A DNA stretch of 60,100 nt from Geosiphon pyriformis uo1 (GCA_016748015.1 JAAOMT010000195.1:41714-101813); one strand, 5' to 3'. Counted from the stretch's first letter, positions 37,501 to 50,125 are shown. Program-made: numbers and translations. Notes: generated by a model from the letters alone, not told the origin.

Positions 37501-40500
37501 CCTTTATTCAAGAGTGTCTCTCCACAAGCTAAACATGGTGTATTGTCCTATTTTCTCACTCAATTTGGTCTTCCAAAGTGTTCTATAATGCACGCATGGC
37601 AGTAGAATTGGATTGCTGTTGTGTATTTCTTATCATCACTACAGCATATGCCCATTGACAACAATTTTTTGTCGCAATCAACACATATCAGTTTTGGTTA
37701 ACGATAGCTTAATAATTGTGGTGATGTATATGTATAAAGGGTGTAACTGGCTGTTAGTAGTGGCTCCTCTTTCTTCACTTTTCTTTTTTCTTTTTCTCTC
37801 TTATCCTATTTCCAAATTGGTGGTTCTTCTAAGTCATGGTCAGTGTCCCAGGCTTGGTCTGCGTTCCAGGCAGGTTCTGTTCTCTTCTGTTTTTCTTTAT
37901 CATTGTCATCTCATAAAAGTATTGGTGGCAGTTCATTGTGTTCTTTGTTGGCCCACAAGACTTGATACGCTTCCCAGGTAGGTTTTGGTTTTTCTTCTTT
38001 AAGATCAATTAGTGGTGCTGTGGTATTGGTAGCTTTGAAGTGACCACACGTTGCTGGTACTTGTGTGTATTGACCATTCTGGCTGAGTACTAGTTCTTGA
38101 GTCATTCAATTGAGCACGGCATTGGTTTTAGATAGCCAGTCATTACCAATTAATACTTGGTATTAGGTGGCTTTCATTACCAGAACTTTGATGGGTACTA
38201 TGATGCCATTGACTTCAATTTAAAAGTCATCAATTTCGCCAATTGGGGTTTTGGTGGCTCCATCTGTAGTGATAATTCTGGCACTGGCAGCGTGATTAAC
38301 TCGGCAACCTAATTGATCTATGAATTGTCGGGTGATGATGCTGCCTGCTAAACCACTGTTAAGGATTAATTTGATAAAATAGCCATCGATCTTGGTGTCA
38401 GTGTATATGGCCATGATTAGTTTCTCTTCAAATGCTGCTCTACTGAATAATGGTGTATCTAATGGTTCCTCGAGTTCAAATGGAAAGATGGCATCCAAAA
38501 ATTCATTTTCGGTGATTGTAGTAGGTGGGATATTATTGGTAGGTGGTTGTTGTTGTTGTTCGATTCTTTAATTGCTGGATGCAGCATCTTCTGGAGTCAC
38601 CAGAAGATTTAAATAGTGTTGGGAATTTGGGTTTTGGATGAGACTGGAGCCTGAATTCCACTGACGAGATTCTGATTGTTGGTAGAAAGAGCTGGGAATC
38701 AGTTGATGTACAACCATCACTGATCTCCAGTTTTGGGTGATCCTTAATCTTAGGTTCTCTGATGTTATTTGAGCTGGGTTTGCTGGTGGTGTTTGAATGG
38801 TGGGTGTTTGATAGATTGCTGGTGGCTGTGGTTGATATATTACTTGTGGCTGTGCCTAATAAATTGCTTGTAGCGGCAGTTGATAAATTGAAGTTTGATA
38901 AACTGGTGGTTGATAAATTGGTTGGTGCATTATAGGCAGGTAAATGGGTTGGTATTGGTCTTGATTCGGGTGATGATTTGAAGTTTGGAACTGGCAGTTG
39001 GGTTTCTATATTGATTTTCTGATCATAGATTGTTATAAGTATGGCAGTTGGCTTTGATGTGCCTTTGTTTACCACAGTTGTGGCAGACACACATTTCTGG
39101 CTGCCATGACTGATTAGATAACGACAATGAACATGACTGATTTTGGAAACAATTTGCATTTCCCTGATTGTTATGCCATTAAGGAGGTTGATAAATCGTG
39201 TGTTTGTCAGCTAAGTATTCCTCTAATTTCTAATTAATTGAATCACTGAATTGCTTTAATTTGGAATCCAATTAAGATGATCTATTCATTGCTAGATTTA
39301 CAGCTTGAGTGTGATTAGCTTCTAGTTTAGCTGCTTCAAAATCTCTGGCATATGTGACTGCAGTTGGAAAGTCCACTGGGTGTATTGGACATACTCATTG
39401 TAGGATGCTACTGTACAATCCTCTAATAAATTGATTTAAAATCTGTGGCACTGTAAAATAGTTGGCTTGGATGGCTTGTATTTGGCATAAATTTCTATGG
39501 AAGCATCCCAAGTAGGTAGTGACTGCTTCAGTGTCTTCTTGTCTGATCATTGTAAAGGTGTTGGCTAATTTGTTGATACTATTATTGTTGCTAAAGTATC
39601 ACAAAAATTCAGTTTTGAATCCATTAAAATTTTGGGGTTTGACAGCAAAACTTTGATACCATGCATTAGTGGTATTCTGGAGAAAGTAAGGGATTACTTA
39701 CATCACTCTAGCATCATCTTAATTATTGGCTGTAATAGTTTTGGCTACATCATTTAATCAAACTTGGGCATTGTCTTCTTTATCATTGAATTTGTCAAGT
39801 TTTGCAATGAGTGCATAAGCCATTTGTTGTTGCTGTGGTGGTGGAAGTTGAAGTGGTTATTGTTGTATGGGTTGTTGGAGTGGTAGTTGAAGTGACGATT
39901 GTATGGGTTCAGCTATTGGATTAATTGGTGGTTGATTGATGATGATTACTGGAAGTAAGTTTTGTTGATTTATTAAATTGGGGTTTCAATTATCCTGAGT
40001 TGGTGGTATCTGAATATTCGGAGTTTTGATTTCCAAATTTTCTGGGTTTAGATTTTGCTGGGTTTGAAGATTTGGGGTTTCAAATTCTGGGTTTTCAGTA
40101 ATCAGGTTTTGGTAAGTGAATTCTTGATCTTTAGCTTCTTCTTCTTTCTCTTCTTCTGATTTTGTTACTTCCCATAGATCAAAAATTCCGAAATCTGGGG
40201 GAGGCAGTGGCGATCGGAGTCCTGATGGTGTTGATGATTACGAGTTAAATCCTTCAAATTATGTATCATATGGTTCTAATAATTTTGCTTTTTTTTGTTT
40301 ACTTTGGAATGAGAATCGTCCAAATGCTGATGTTGTGTTTGATGTGATTGTGCCAGTAAATGTAATATTAATGGTACTTCTGGGTGTATAGTAGTATGAT
40401 GGATTAGTTGGGGACTCAACTCTTGTTTTCTTCCAAGTAGGTGGTTGTATTCTTTTGGGTATTACTGCTGGTGTTTGCAGTTTTCCTTTGCCTTTGCTCG

Positions 40501-41678
40501 CATAAGTAATGGGGTATTTTCGCTGTGTGTAGTGTTCAATTTCTTTGTTGATTTCCATGATGATGGAGGTGAAATTGTAATTTGTTGACAGTGTTACGGT
40601 TTAAGAATTTAACAAAAAGAATCATAAAAATAATACAAACTATTCAATCATAATATAGCACAGTAATAATCTTAGAAAGGTAATGATTAACATAGTAGCA
40701 AACACCATTTCGCGATAGTGGCAAGCACTAGTTTACAATAGCAGCCAACACCAACTGGTGATAACAGCAAGCACCAGATTGAAATATCAAAAAGAAAGTA
40801 TTTTCTTGTAGAACTACAAACATGTATATATACAGTAGTTTTAATATTGGGAAAGAATCAATCAAGTAATAAAAATCATAACTTATCAAATCATACTTTT
40901 AAATTAAATATCCCAAGAAACCTTTAAAAATCAAAAAGAAATGAAAAAAAATATTTAAAACGGAACTATCACAACCCAAAGTATTTAGAAACTTACTTGT
41001 ATTATTTATTGAATGAAACTATCATTCATCAACTGAATCTCTTGGAAGAATAATCTTTGATCAAGATTATTCACGTTGTTACTAATTGATAAAAGCTTTA
41101 TTGTAAGAATTAGAAAAGCGCTAAAGACCATTAACATTCTGTGTTTCTAGATTAGAGAAACACATCAGGCAATTGCAAGGATAGCCTCAGAGAAGACCCC
41201 AGACAGTGGGTAGATTTCAGTTCAGCCTCTGAGAAGGAGTACATAAACNNNNNNNNNNNNNNNNNNNNCAAATTGAGCCAGACAATACCACCAGCAGTTG
41301 CCACCGAAGATAGCAGCCTTGCAGCTATTTTTCCTTTTGAATTAGAGGAAAACGAGGCTATGTTTAGTGGAGCAGCATTGGACGAAAAACGCCCAATCAC
41401 TACTATGTATACAGAAGCCACTGTAAACAATACCCCAATCAAACTTATCTTAGACAGCGGATCCGCTGGAAGCATCATAACGCTTCAACTAGTAAACCAA
41501 CTGGGTTTCAAAGTTGATCGTGCTGTGACGTCCCAAATCATAACAGCCGATGGAAGTACAAAGCTGCCTTATGGCGAAATCGACTCATTCCCTTTCGAAA
41601 TTAACGGCATAGTAATACCTACAAAAGTATTAGTAATGGACACTACACAATATCAAGCNNNNNNNNNNNNNNNNNNNN

Positions 41679-44600
41679 TTATATCAACGCCAGAATAAAT
41701 TATCATATAGGAAAGGAAGAAGAACCACACGACGCAAAACTTGGATTGTATAGAGAATTATCACAATACACTACAAAAGAAGTAGCAGTAATAGCCGCAA
41801 CTATTGTCAAAATCCATCGAGAAATTGAGCAATACGCCAACGAAAATTTTCCAATATCCACAGGAAACACTAGGGAACGCGCCAACAAAACCAAAGAAAA
41901 TTTAGAAACTAATCAGGAAAGTAACTAGCAAAAACTAGGAACACCAGCTCAAACGCCAAAGAAAACTGTCACTCAATCAATAAAGAAACAACGTATTTAT
42001 TTACCAGAAGATAAATCATACCATTTTTCACCAGAAAATAAGATACAAATTCCATTAGGAGCTGCATCATCATCAACATCAACTCCACAAATGCCAAGAA
42101 CTCCTAGTTATATTGATAAAATTAAACAACGTAACTGGGGAGACATACCAATTACAGGAGGATATTCATCACTATTCCAAAACNNNNNNNNNNNNNNNNN
42201 NNNGAAGCCACCTTTAGGAACGCTCAAGGAAATATCATCCCACCTCCTCTTAGACCAATAAACCCACCAGCAGAAAACAGCAACGAAATGACCACACCAT
42301 ACATTACAAGACTAACAGATTTCTCAAGAGAGGAAGAAGAAATGGACGTGCACACATGGCTCAGAGAAGCACAAAAAGCCATCCAGGCAAATAACTGGAA
42401 CGACCAAAGAGCAATTCAAACATTACCTTTCTTCCTGAAAGGCACAGCCGACTCGTGGTATCAAAGCCTAGAAACAAAACCCACGAGCTTCGCCGAATTT
42501 AAAAATGCACTCCTGAAGTATTTTAGTGACCCAAACGCCATAATCCAACTACAGAACGAATTCAATACTATTAAGCAAAATACCAGTGAAACTGTCACCC
42601 AATACCTTGCTCGATTCAATCGAATTCGCCGTCAGATTAAAGTGATTGAACAAGGATACTACACTGATTCTCAGGTTTTAAATTAGTTTATTAGAGGATT
42701 AAAAAGCAGCATTTTAGGAAGAGTATGCCCTGCCCATCCTAATTCCTTACCAAAAGCCGTTACGCTTGCCAGAGCCCTTGAATCGGCTGAGAAAGAAGCT
42801 AACCATAGTCAAATGATTAACATGGTAATGGAGGAAAATAAGACAGAAACATTAGAGAAAAGAGTAACACGATTAGGGGAGGAACTCTCTAAGAAAATAG
42901 AAAGTTACCTCATCCCGGATCCGAGAAAAAATACATACCAACCACCCCAAAGATGCAGCCAGAAAGTCAGTGACAGTCGAAATAATTGCCCATCGCGCCA
43001 GGAATTCAGAACAGAAACACGCGCCTGCCATTTTTGCAAATGCGTAAGACATTTGATTAGTCAATGTCGAATGCAAATGATGCAGGAAGCACGCGAAAAT
43101 AATTACTACGCGCCACCCCAAATGCCCAGAAACCAGTACACGCCAATACCACGCCAATATCCCACCACGTATCAAAATCAAGGAGCTTACCAGCAACAGC
43201 CCATGATAGCCAACCCGAATTGGCGTCCCGAGGTCTGAAATCAGCCCATGTGGAACCAGAACGCGTTGGTCCAGAGGAATCCAAACTGCGCTGGAACCAA
43301 TCAGCAAACCAATCCAAACTACCAAAATTATCAACAAACTTACCTTAATATACCGGAAAACCTGATCATCAGAAACAATGATGGTAGAAACATAAACAGA
43401 ACCAAGAATTCCTCCAAATTGAGCCAGACAATACCACCAGCAGTTGCCACCGAAGATAGCAGCCTTGCAGCTATTTTTCCTTTTGAATTAGAGGAAAACG
43501 AGGCTATGTTTAGTGGAGCAGCATTGGACGAAAAACGCCCAATCACTNNNNNNNNNNNNNNNNNNNNTCAATTATAATGGCCACCAGGCCAAAATTCCAG
43601 CCACCTGTGGCCACTTCCAAAAACCCAGTGCCAACCAAAGACCTACCTTCAAATTTGAGGAAAATCCAGCACTACCAGTCATCGAAACCTATCAGCTCTC
43701 TTGGGCTGATGACCAAAGAACAGGACTACCAGCCGTACCAACGTGGACCAGCGAAGAAAGATCCGAATGGAACCAGGTAAGTTCACAAAAAAACCACCAG
43801 CGACACAGACCAAAGCTAGAATGCTCGGTTTGCAAGAAAAAACTCTTGTCTATGACTGCGTGCAGCGCACCAGACGAAGACCCAAGAAACCCCACCCACT
43901 ACTATTGTAACCATTGTAACAAAGAAAAATACGGTTACCCAGAAAGACACGGAAAATGGGACGAGGAACCATGCCTCGCTTGTGGAGAACCGTTACCAAG
44001 AGGGTGCGACTGGAACGACTTACCAGGCAGAGGAAGAACGTGTGACGCAACTTGCCAATACACGATCCTCATCTGTGACTGGGTAAGAGGAGGAACACCG
44101 TTCGAAGCAGCGTTCAACAGAGTGTTAAAAAGACTACAGTACTACCCACACGACGAGGACGAGTTGTACAACACTGCACAAGCCAAAGTAAGAGGAGGAA
44201 CCGCCGAAGAAATATGACATTGGAAAGAGTCAGCCGAAGTAGCCAACGAAGTCACCAGCTACAACATGTTTGACCCAGTGGACGAATTCCAGGACTACTA
44301 CCAACAACTATGCCCCACTCGACAAGAGCAAGAACAATACCTCGCCCAAATCAACACTTACCTCTGCGAAAACTGTCTCATCCTGTGCCAAAGTCAGTGC
44401 TGTGAAGAGTGTCAAGACGAAAGGGACTTAGAAAGAAAAATGGAAATTGAGAATCAGCAGTCTCAAAATCAATCAATAAATCAACAAGACTCACTTGACG
44501 GTCCCAAGTCAGAAAAATTTGTAGCCTATACCGACCTAGAACAGGTGACCGACATCCGATACTTCGACAATGGGCACTTAGGAATAATACCCGAAAGAGC

Positions 44601-45360
44601 CCATCCAACTGACGCCGGATTCGATCTACATTATCCGGAAGACCAATCCACAACATTACCACCCAGGAGCATCACCAAAATCGACCTAAAATTAGCAGTT
44701 GAAATTCTGCCAGGAATAATGGTTCAAATGGTGTCGCAATCAAGCCTCGCGAAAAAAGGAATAAGCGTTCAAGGAGGAGTAATTGACTCTGGATACACTG
44801 GAAATTTGATGGTTTTGCTACAGAAAAATTCAGAAAAGCTTTATACCATTGAATCTAAGGAAAAGATTGCACAAGCAATTTTCCTACCATTGGTAAAAAT
44901 TGGGAAATTTGTGCCAGTGGAAAATCGTGAGGAATTGTCACAAACAACAAGAGGAACTTTTGGTTTCGGATCAACAGGAAAAGGAATTGAAGCGAATTTC
45001 GCTGAAACAATAGAGGAAAAAGGCGAAGTAATTAAAAATGAGCAGTCCATCACACTCCTACCATATGGAAAATCAGAAATAAGAATAAAAAGGACAATTA
45101 AAGAAAAAGACCTAATATTTGAGCCCTACCCAGAAACTTGCCAACAGTTTCTCATAGGACTTACTAACCTTTTTATTCCAGCTGATAAAGCTCAATGGAT
45201 AAAAATTCCTATCGCAAACACCACAGAAGAACCCATCTACATTCCGGAAGATACCATCATTGGATACCTCGGAACGGAGCTAGAAAACGCGTCAACACCA
45301 CAAGAAATTCTAAATTTCCCAGAAATCGCCCTCTACTGTGAACTCACTTCAACAAATTAA
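41679..45360 (+). pseudogene. Element D gag-pro-Cys-rich-dUTPase polyprotein (few stops; protease contig misplaced at 41269-41658)
   Basis: Capsid WLREAQKAIQANNW..ADSWYQSL; CHFCKCVRHLISQC; LILDSGS; dUTPase motifs AGFDL, SQSSLAKKG, GVIDSGYTG, KIAQAI, RGTFGFGSTG. Confidence 0.88.
44550..44980 (+). CDS. dut: dUTPase domain (trimeric type) within the element D polyprotein
   Basis: All five motifs in order 1-5; motif 2 Arg appears changed to Gln (CGA>CAA), so activity is doubtful. Confidence 0.85.
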
Positions 45361-47467
45361 TAACACAGTATTGAACCACTATAGTAACTTAGAATTTAAT
45401 GAAGAAATTAACTTCAATTTCAATGGAGCTCAATCTTGAAAGGAGGGGATAATGTTACGGTTTAAGAATTTAGCAAAAAGAATCATAAAAATAATACAAA
45501 CTATTCAATCATAATATAGCACAGTAATAATCTTAGAAAGGTAATGATTAACATAGTAGCAAACACCATNNNNNNNNNNNNNNNNNNNNNNNNNNNNNNN
45601 NNNNNNNNNNNNNNNNNNNNNNNNNNNNNNNNNNNNNNNNNNNNNNNNNNNNNNNNNNNNNNNNNNNNNNNNNNNNNNNNNNNNNNNNNNNNNNNNNNNN
45701 NNNNNNNNNNNNNNNNNNNNNNNNNNNNNNNNNNNNNNNNNNNNNNNNNNNNNNNNNNNNNNNNNNNNNNNNNNNNNNNNNNNNNNNNNNNNNNNNNNNN
45801 NNNNNNNNNNNNNNNNNNNNNNNNNNNNNNNNNNNNNNNNNNNNNNNNNNNNNNNNNNNNNNNNNNNNNNNNNNNNNNNNNNNNNNNNNNNNNNNNNNNN
45901 NNNNNNNNNNNNNNNNNNNNNNNNNNNNNNNNNNNNNNNNNNNNNNNNNNNNNNNNNNNNNNNNNNNNNNNNNNNNNNNNNNNNNNNNNNNNNNNNNNNN
46001 NNNNNNNNNNNNNNNNNNNNNNNNNNNNNNNNNNNNNNNNNNNNNNNNACACACAACAATCAAGAATTAAAGAATAACTTACATCGCAACAGTAAAAAGA
46101 AAGCCTTCAGTGTAACAGTGACATTATCACACAAATAGAATTGAGGAACTCACGAAAGACTGATTGCAATTAAAGCGGGATATTAGCAATTAAATATAAC
46201 AAGAAAACCATCCCGTAACAACAGGTTGGTATTTTGAATTAATTCACTATAAAAGGCTTTTCTTGCTAATTCAATATTTACTGGTGTTTCTAACAGATAG
46301 GCAATTCTTTTGTTAACATAGAAATTAAAAGCTGATTCTGCTAATATGTGGTTGTGATTTTATCTCAAATGTTGACAGTAGTGTTGAAATAAGAATTTTG
46401 CGAATCCTAGATGGTTTGCTTCTATGTTTTCTGATTCTGCCACTTTTAGATTTGGGTTGGTGCTGGTTCTCTGTAGAATTATACCTCACAAAGAGCACTA
46501 AATGTTACAAGTGATTATTTGGGGTATTGAATCAAATAACAAATCCGTAACTTGGTACTAAAAGTTATTCACATTGATGTTATTAATCTGAAGATTTTGT
46601 ATTTGAAGGTTTTGTATTTGAAGGTTTCGGTTTGAGTTTTTTGTATAATAAATAGAAATTCAATAGTTGTTTTATCTATAGCTTCCCAAAACCACAGTTT
46701 CATCAATTTTTCTCTCAACATGATGGCCAGTAATCCTCTGGTAAGTATTCCATATCTTCTGTACATGTTTTATCCTCTCGCAGGGGTTTTTTACCAGGCA
46801 ATCTTTGACATCAGTAATCTAGCACTTTATTCAACCAATTAGTGCACAACAATAAAATCAAAATAAAATAATGAAAAAAAATAAAAAAAAATAATGAAAA
46901 AAAAGAAATAAAAGAAAATAACAAAAGAAAAAAAATAAGCCAAGGTGATTTACAAGTTAGTATTCTGTTAATAGCCATGATCAAAAGCTATTGTTCCAGT
47001 GTAATTAAGTATTAATTACTATTAACATGGAGTGTTGATAGTGGAATTAGATTTGAGATACCAAATAGTTATTTATTGTGTTTGGAAGATTGTTTAGATG
47101 AAATCTAAACTAAGAGATCTGTCTTTTTACTTTCTAATCCTACTGCTATATATACATAATTGAGATTCCTTGTAAGAATCCTGTAATTCCTGGAATCCTG
47201 CAATTCCTGAAAGGAATCCTGGAATTCCACCTTTTACTACATCTACTTCTGATTGGTTAATAACTATGCTAATATATATTCTCTATATTTCTATAAATAA
47301 CAACGGAATTGCAATTCTGGAAGGCTACTGAAACAACTATTGAATCTCTGCCCATTATACAAAAAACTCCACAACCAAATCTTTAGATATTAGCACTAGA
47401 ATATCAATCAAGCACCAAGTTACAAGTTTGTTATTTGCTTTGAGACCCCATATAATCACTTGTAACA

Positions 47468-49166
47468 ATGTTATGTGATATAATAGTGAAAGTCAGATTT
47501 TCACTCACAAAAATAAAATCCAGCACCTTTTTAATGCTCCTAAAATTGCTCCAAGTAGAAGCTCTGGCCAATAAATGTCTATTAAAAATATTGACTAAAC
47601 CCAGGTCTAAACAAAACTTGAAGCTCACACTCTTTTTAGATCTATTTTCATTAAAGTCCAATAACAGTAAAGAAGCTAGTATTAACTGCTCTAAAGATCA
47701 TGAAGTTGATAACAGAAGCTTGGCTGAAGCATATATAAGTAAATGCACCAGCATACAAGTCCAAAATTGTAACTGAAAGCTTGTTTTTAAACAAAAGACA
47801 TACAGAAATTAACTGACCAAAAACTTCTTCTATCTTCAAGACATGTTAAGCCAAAGAATTGTTCATAATAATGGCAACCTCAGCACTAAAAAAATCCACA
47901 TTTAGACCAGAAGTGAAAACCTAAACTCCATCAAACTTACTTATAATTCATAGTCTAATATTAAATCTTAATTTTGTTTCTGTAACAATTAATACTATAT
48001 TCTCAAATTTCTTATGCTAACAAACAATGTCTTTTTGCTTAGCAAAAACATTAATACCTCTAACATTACACATAGCAAACTTCCAGACTAGATTCATTAT
48101 TGAGAAGACAAAAGTAACAAAGAGCTGAACTAGTACACAAATAATCCAATTTTAACAGAACAGAATTAACAGAAGCCTCAAGAGCTGACAATTTAAATTC
48201 CAAACTGCCCACTTTAGTGGTAAGAATTTTTGAACTACTCAAACTTAAAGACAAAACCATATTCACAACAATTAAGGAAGGAGCCATGAAAGGCATTTGC
48301 ACAATATCCAGAACCATATTTGAATCTGAATCTGAACTTACAGGCACAACCACAGCAGAAGAAGAAGATTGAGAAACAGACACCAGAGGTACTAGATCAA
48401 TTAAGCTCAGCTTCTTAACAATACCCAAAACTTGATCAGCCAAAAGCTTTAAGAAATGTTTCAAAGAAGCCAAATGATTATTAATTGAGATATTCTCTTA
48501 AGCAACCAATGTGCTTCCCATATTATCTAAGGCATCAGAAGAAAGAAAACCAGACCTCAAACCAGAATTAAGATAAGAGCTACCAAAAAAAAAAGTGAGC
48601 AAAACTACCTATGCCTAAGACTTACCACCAAAGGCAGCAGGTTGAAAAATAAGAACACTCTTTTTTGTATACAACTTAGCCAACTGAAAACAATAATCTT
48701 CTGAAGTAATTTTTTTTTACAGATTTTGAGAGTTTGGGAATGAATGTAGTTGGTACATTACACTCCAAAGCAGAATGACCAGAATGTTCACACTTTTTGC
48801 AACAAACCAAATCTAATCTAGCCTAAGAAAGCTTAATGCTATCAAATATTGGCTTAATGTGATATATAAACTCCAATTTTTCTTCAAATTTGAAACCAAC
48901 CACAGCACAGCAAATTCAGTTACCAAAATCTATTAAGCAATTAATGACACAGATTTTCCCACCATTTCCATCTAAGAAAGTGCCCAAATCATGAGCAGTT
49001 GTTCCTACTGGCAAAGTAAACAACAATGCCCTGAACTTATTTCTTGATGCCCAAGTCCTACAATCTCCCATAGCCATAACCATGTGCACTGAGTTTTTTC
49101 CAATCAAGAAGGACCATTTGGCAGCCAATTGTTCAGTCTAATCTGAATTGGCAAATTTTATCATAG
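47468..49166 (-). pseudogene. LINE-b ORF2 N-terminus (APE, ATG at 48097) and ORF1 C-terminal half
   Basis: MNLVWKFAMCNVRG, DFNE, TWSN..LDFIFVS; ORF1 CKKCEHSGHSALEC knuckle and MAAKWSFLIGK. Confidence 0.85.
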
Positions 49167-50125
49167 TGTTACTTGAAAAAAAAAGTCTATTAAAGAAAGA
49201 AGAAAAAATGTGACTTGAAAAAAAACATGACAAAATATGAAGAGACACAGAATAGTACACAATAACATAAAATAACACGTTTTAATATAGAATAATGTGT
49301 TATAAAGCAGAATAATACAGAATAACGTGTAATAATATTAGATAACATGTTATAATATAAAATAATTAGTTATAATATAAGAAAATAAAGTAATAGCTAG
49401 CAAAAACAAACAATCCAAAGCAATTCTGTAAAACTAGAAAATACATATATATAGTAATAGCATTAGAAGCAGAAAAAGAAAATCTCCAGACAGAAATTCA
49501 TTAGTTACTATTCCCTAATTAGAAACCATATCATTCCAAAATATTAATAAATATATTTATTTAGCATCTCAAATTCAGTTGTTTATTATCAACTCTAAAT
49601 GTTGATTGTAATTAATACTTAAAACATACGGAAACAATAGTTTTTGATCATGACTATTGATGAGATATTAATTTACATTGTCTTGGCTTATTGTCTTTAT
49701 TTTTCTTTATCTCTTTTATTTTTGCTTTATTTTGTTGTGTATACTAATTAATTGAAGATTAAGTGCTAAGTATTAACATCAAAAATTGTCTGATAAAAGA
49801 CTTCTGTGAGTAAGTAGAACATATAAAAATTATGGATTGCTTACTAGAGGATTGCTGGCCACCACGCTGAGAAAAAAATTGATGGAATTGTGATTCCAAG
49901 AAGCTATAAATAAAATAACATAGAAATTTCTGTTTGTTATACAAAAAACTCTAATCAAAATTTTCAGATCAAAACATCTTTAGACATTACTAATGTTATC
50001 AATTGAACACCAAATTATAGGTTTGTTATTTGCTTTGAGACCCCAAATAATCACTTGTAACATTTGGTGCTTCCTATAAAGTATAATCCTACAGAGAACC
50101 AGCACCAACACACAACTATCCAAAA

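Larger units (their letters stand above)
40592..46220 (+). mobile_element. Element D: young internally deleted Gypsy (gag-pro-Cys-rich-dUTPase; no RT/RH/IN)
   Basis: LTR starts 40592 and 45453 differ at 1 of 117 comparable bases; perfect TSD acag/acag; PPT gaaaggaggggataa 45438-45452; CpGs retained. Confidence 0.9.
34585..46443 (-). pseudogene. Element C gag-pro-(Cys-rich)-dUTPase-RT-RNase H, disrupted and interrupted by D
   Basis: TDAGFDLRY, RSSLAKK, KIAQAI (36433-36807); ILNSGL; FCVDYRKLN, MPFGLTNAPATFQ, YLDD; QNTNLSTNYNFT restored across D. Confidence 0.88.
31544..47302 (-). mobile_element. Element C: dUTPase-bearing Ty3/Gypsy related to A, opposite orientation (~10.1 kb without D)
   Basis: 5' LTR 46503-47302, 3' LTR 31544-32467; TSD atgg/acgg; PBS 46484-46500; PPT 32468-32482. 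Confidence 0.92.
13964..47467 (+). mobile_element. Element A: Ty3/Gypsy LTR retrotransposon with dUTPase (~10.0 kb after removing nested B, C, D)
   Basis: LTRs 13964-14193+21942-22542 and 30874-31543+47307-47467 (both 831 bp when rejoined); TSD acat/atgt; PBS, PPT; order gag-PR-dUT-RT-RH-IN. Confidence 0.92.
30874..47467 (+). repeat. Element A 3' LTR (interrupted by C at 31544-47302)
   Basis: aaatttg-a(c/t)gg-aattgc restored vs the 5' LTR aaatttgacagaattgcg; ends tgtaaca at 47467. Confidence 0.9.

Noticed and set aside
38533-39159. 208-aa Ser/Thr-rich mucin-like ORF (also 51951-52229)
   Set aside because: Alternative frame of the Q/P/Y-rich Gag C-terminus; it stays open because C>T creates few stops in that frame.
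41269-41658. Apparent second protease gene upstream of gag in D
   Set aside because: Its first 133 bp are identical to 43415-43547, it is bounded by 20-N gaps, and it supplies the sequence missing at gap 43548-43567. Most likely a misplaced contig.
45501-46077. Long ORFs across N runs (also 1159..1413)
   Set aside because: Gap artefacts.
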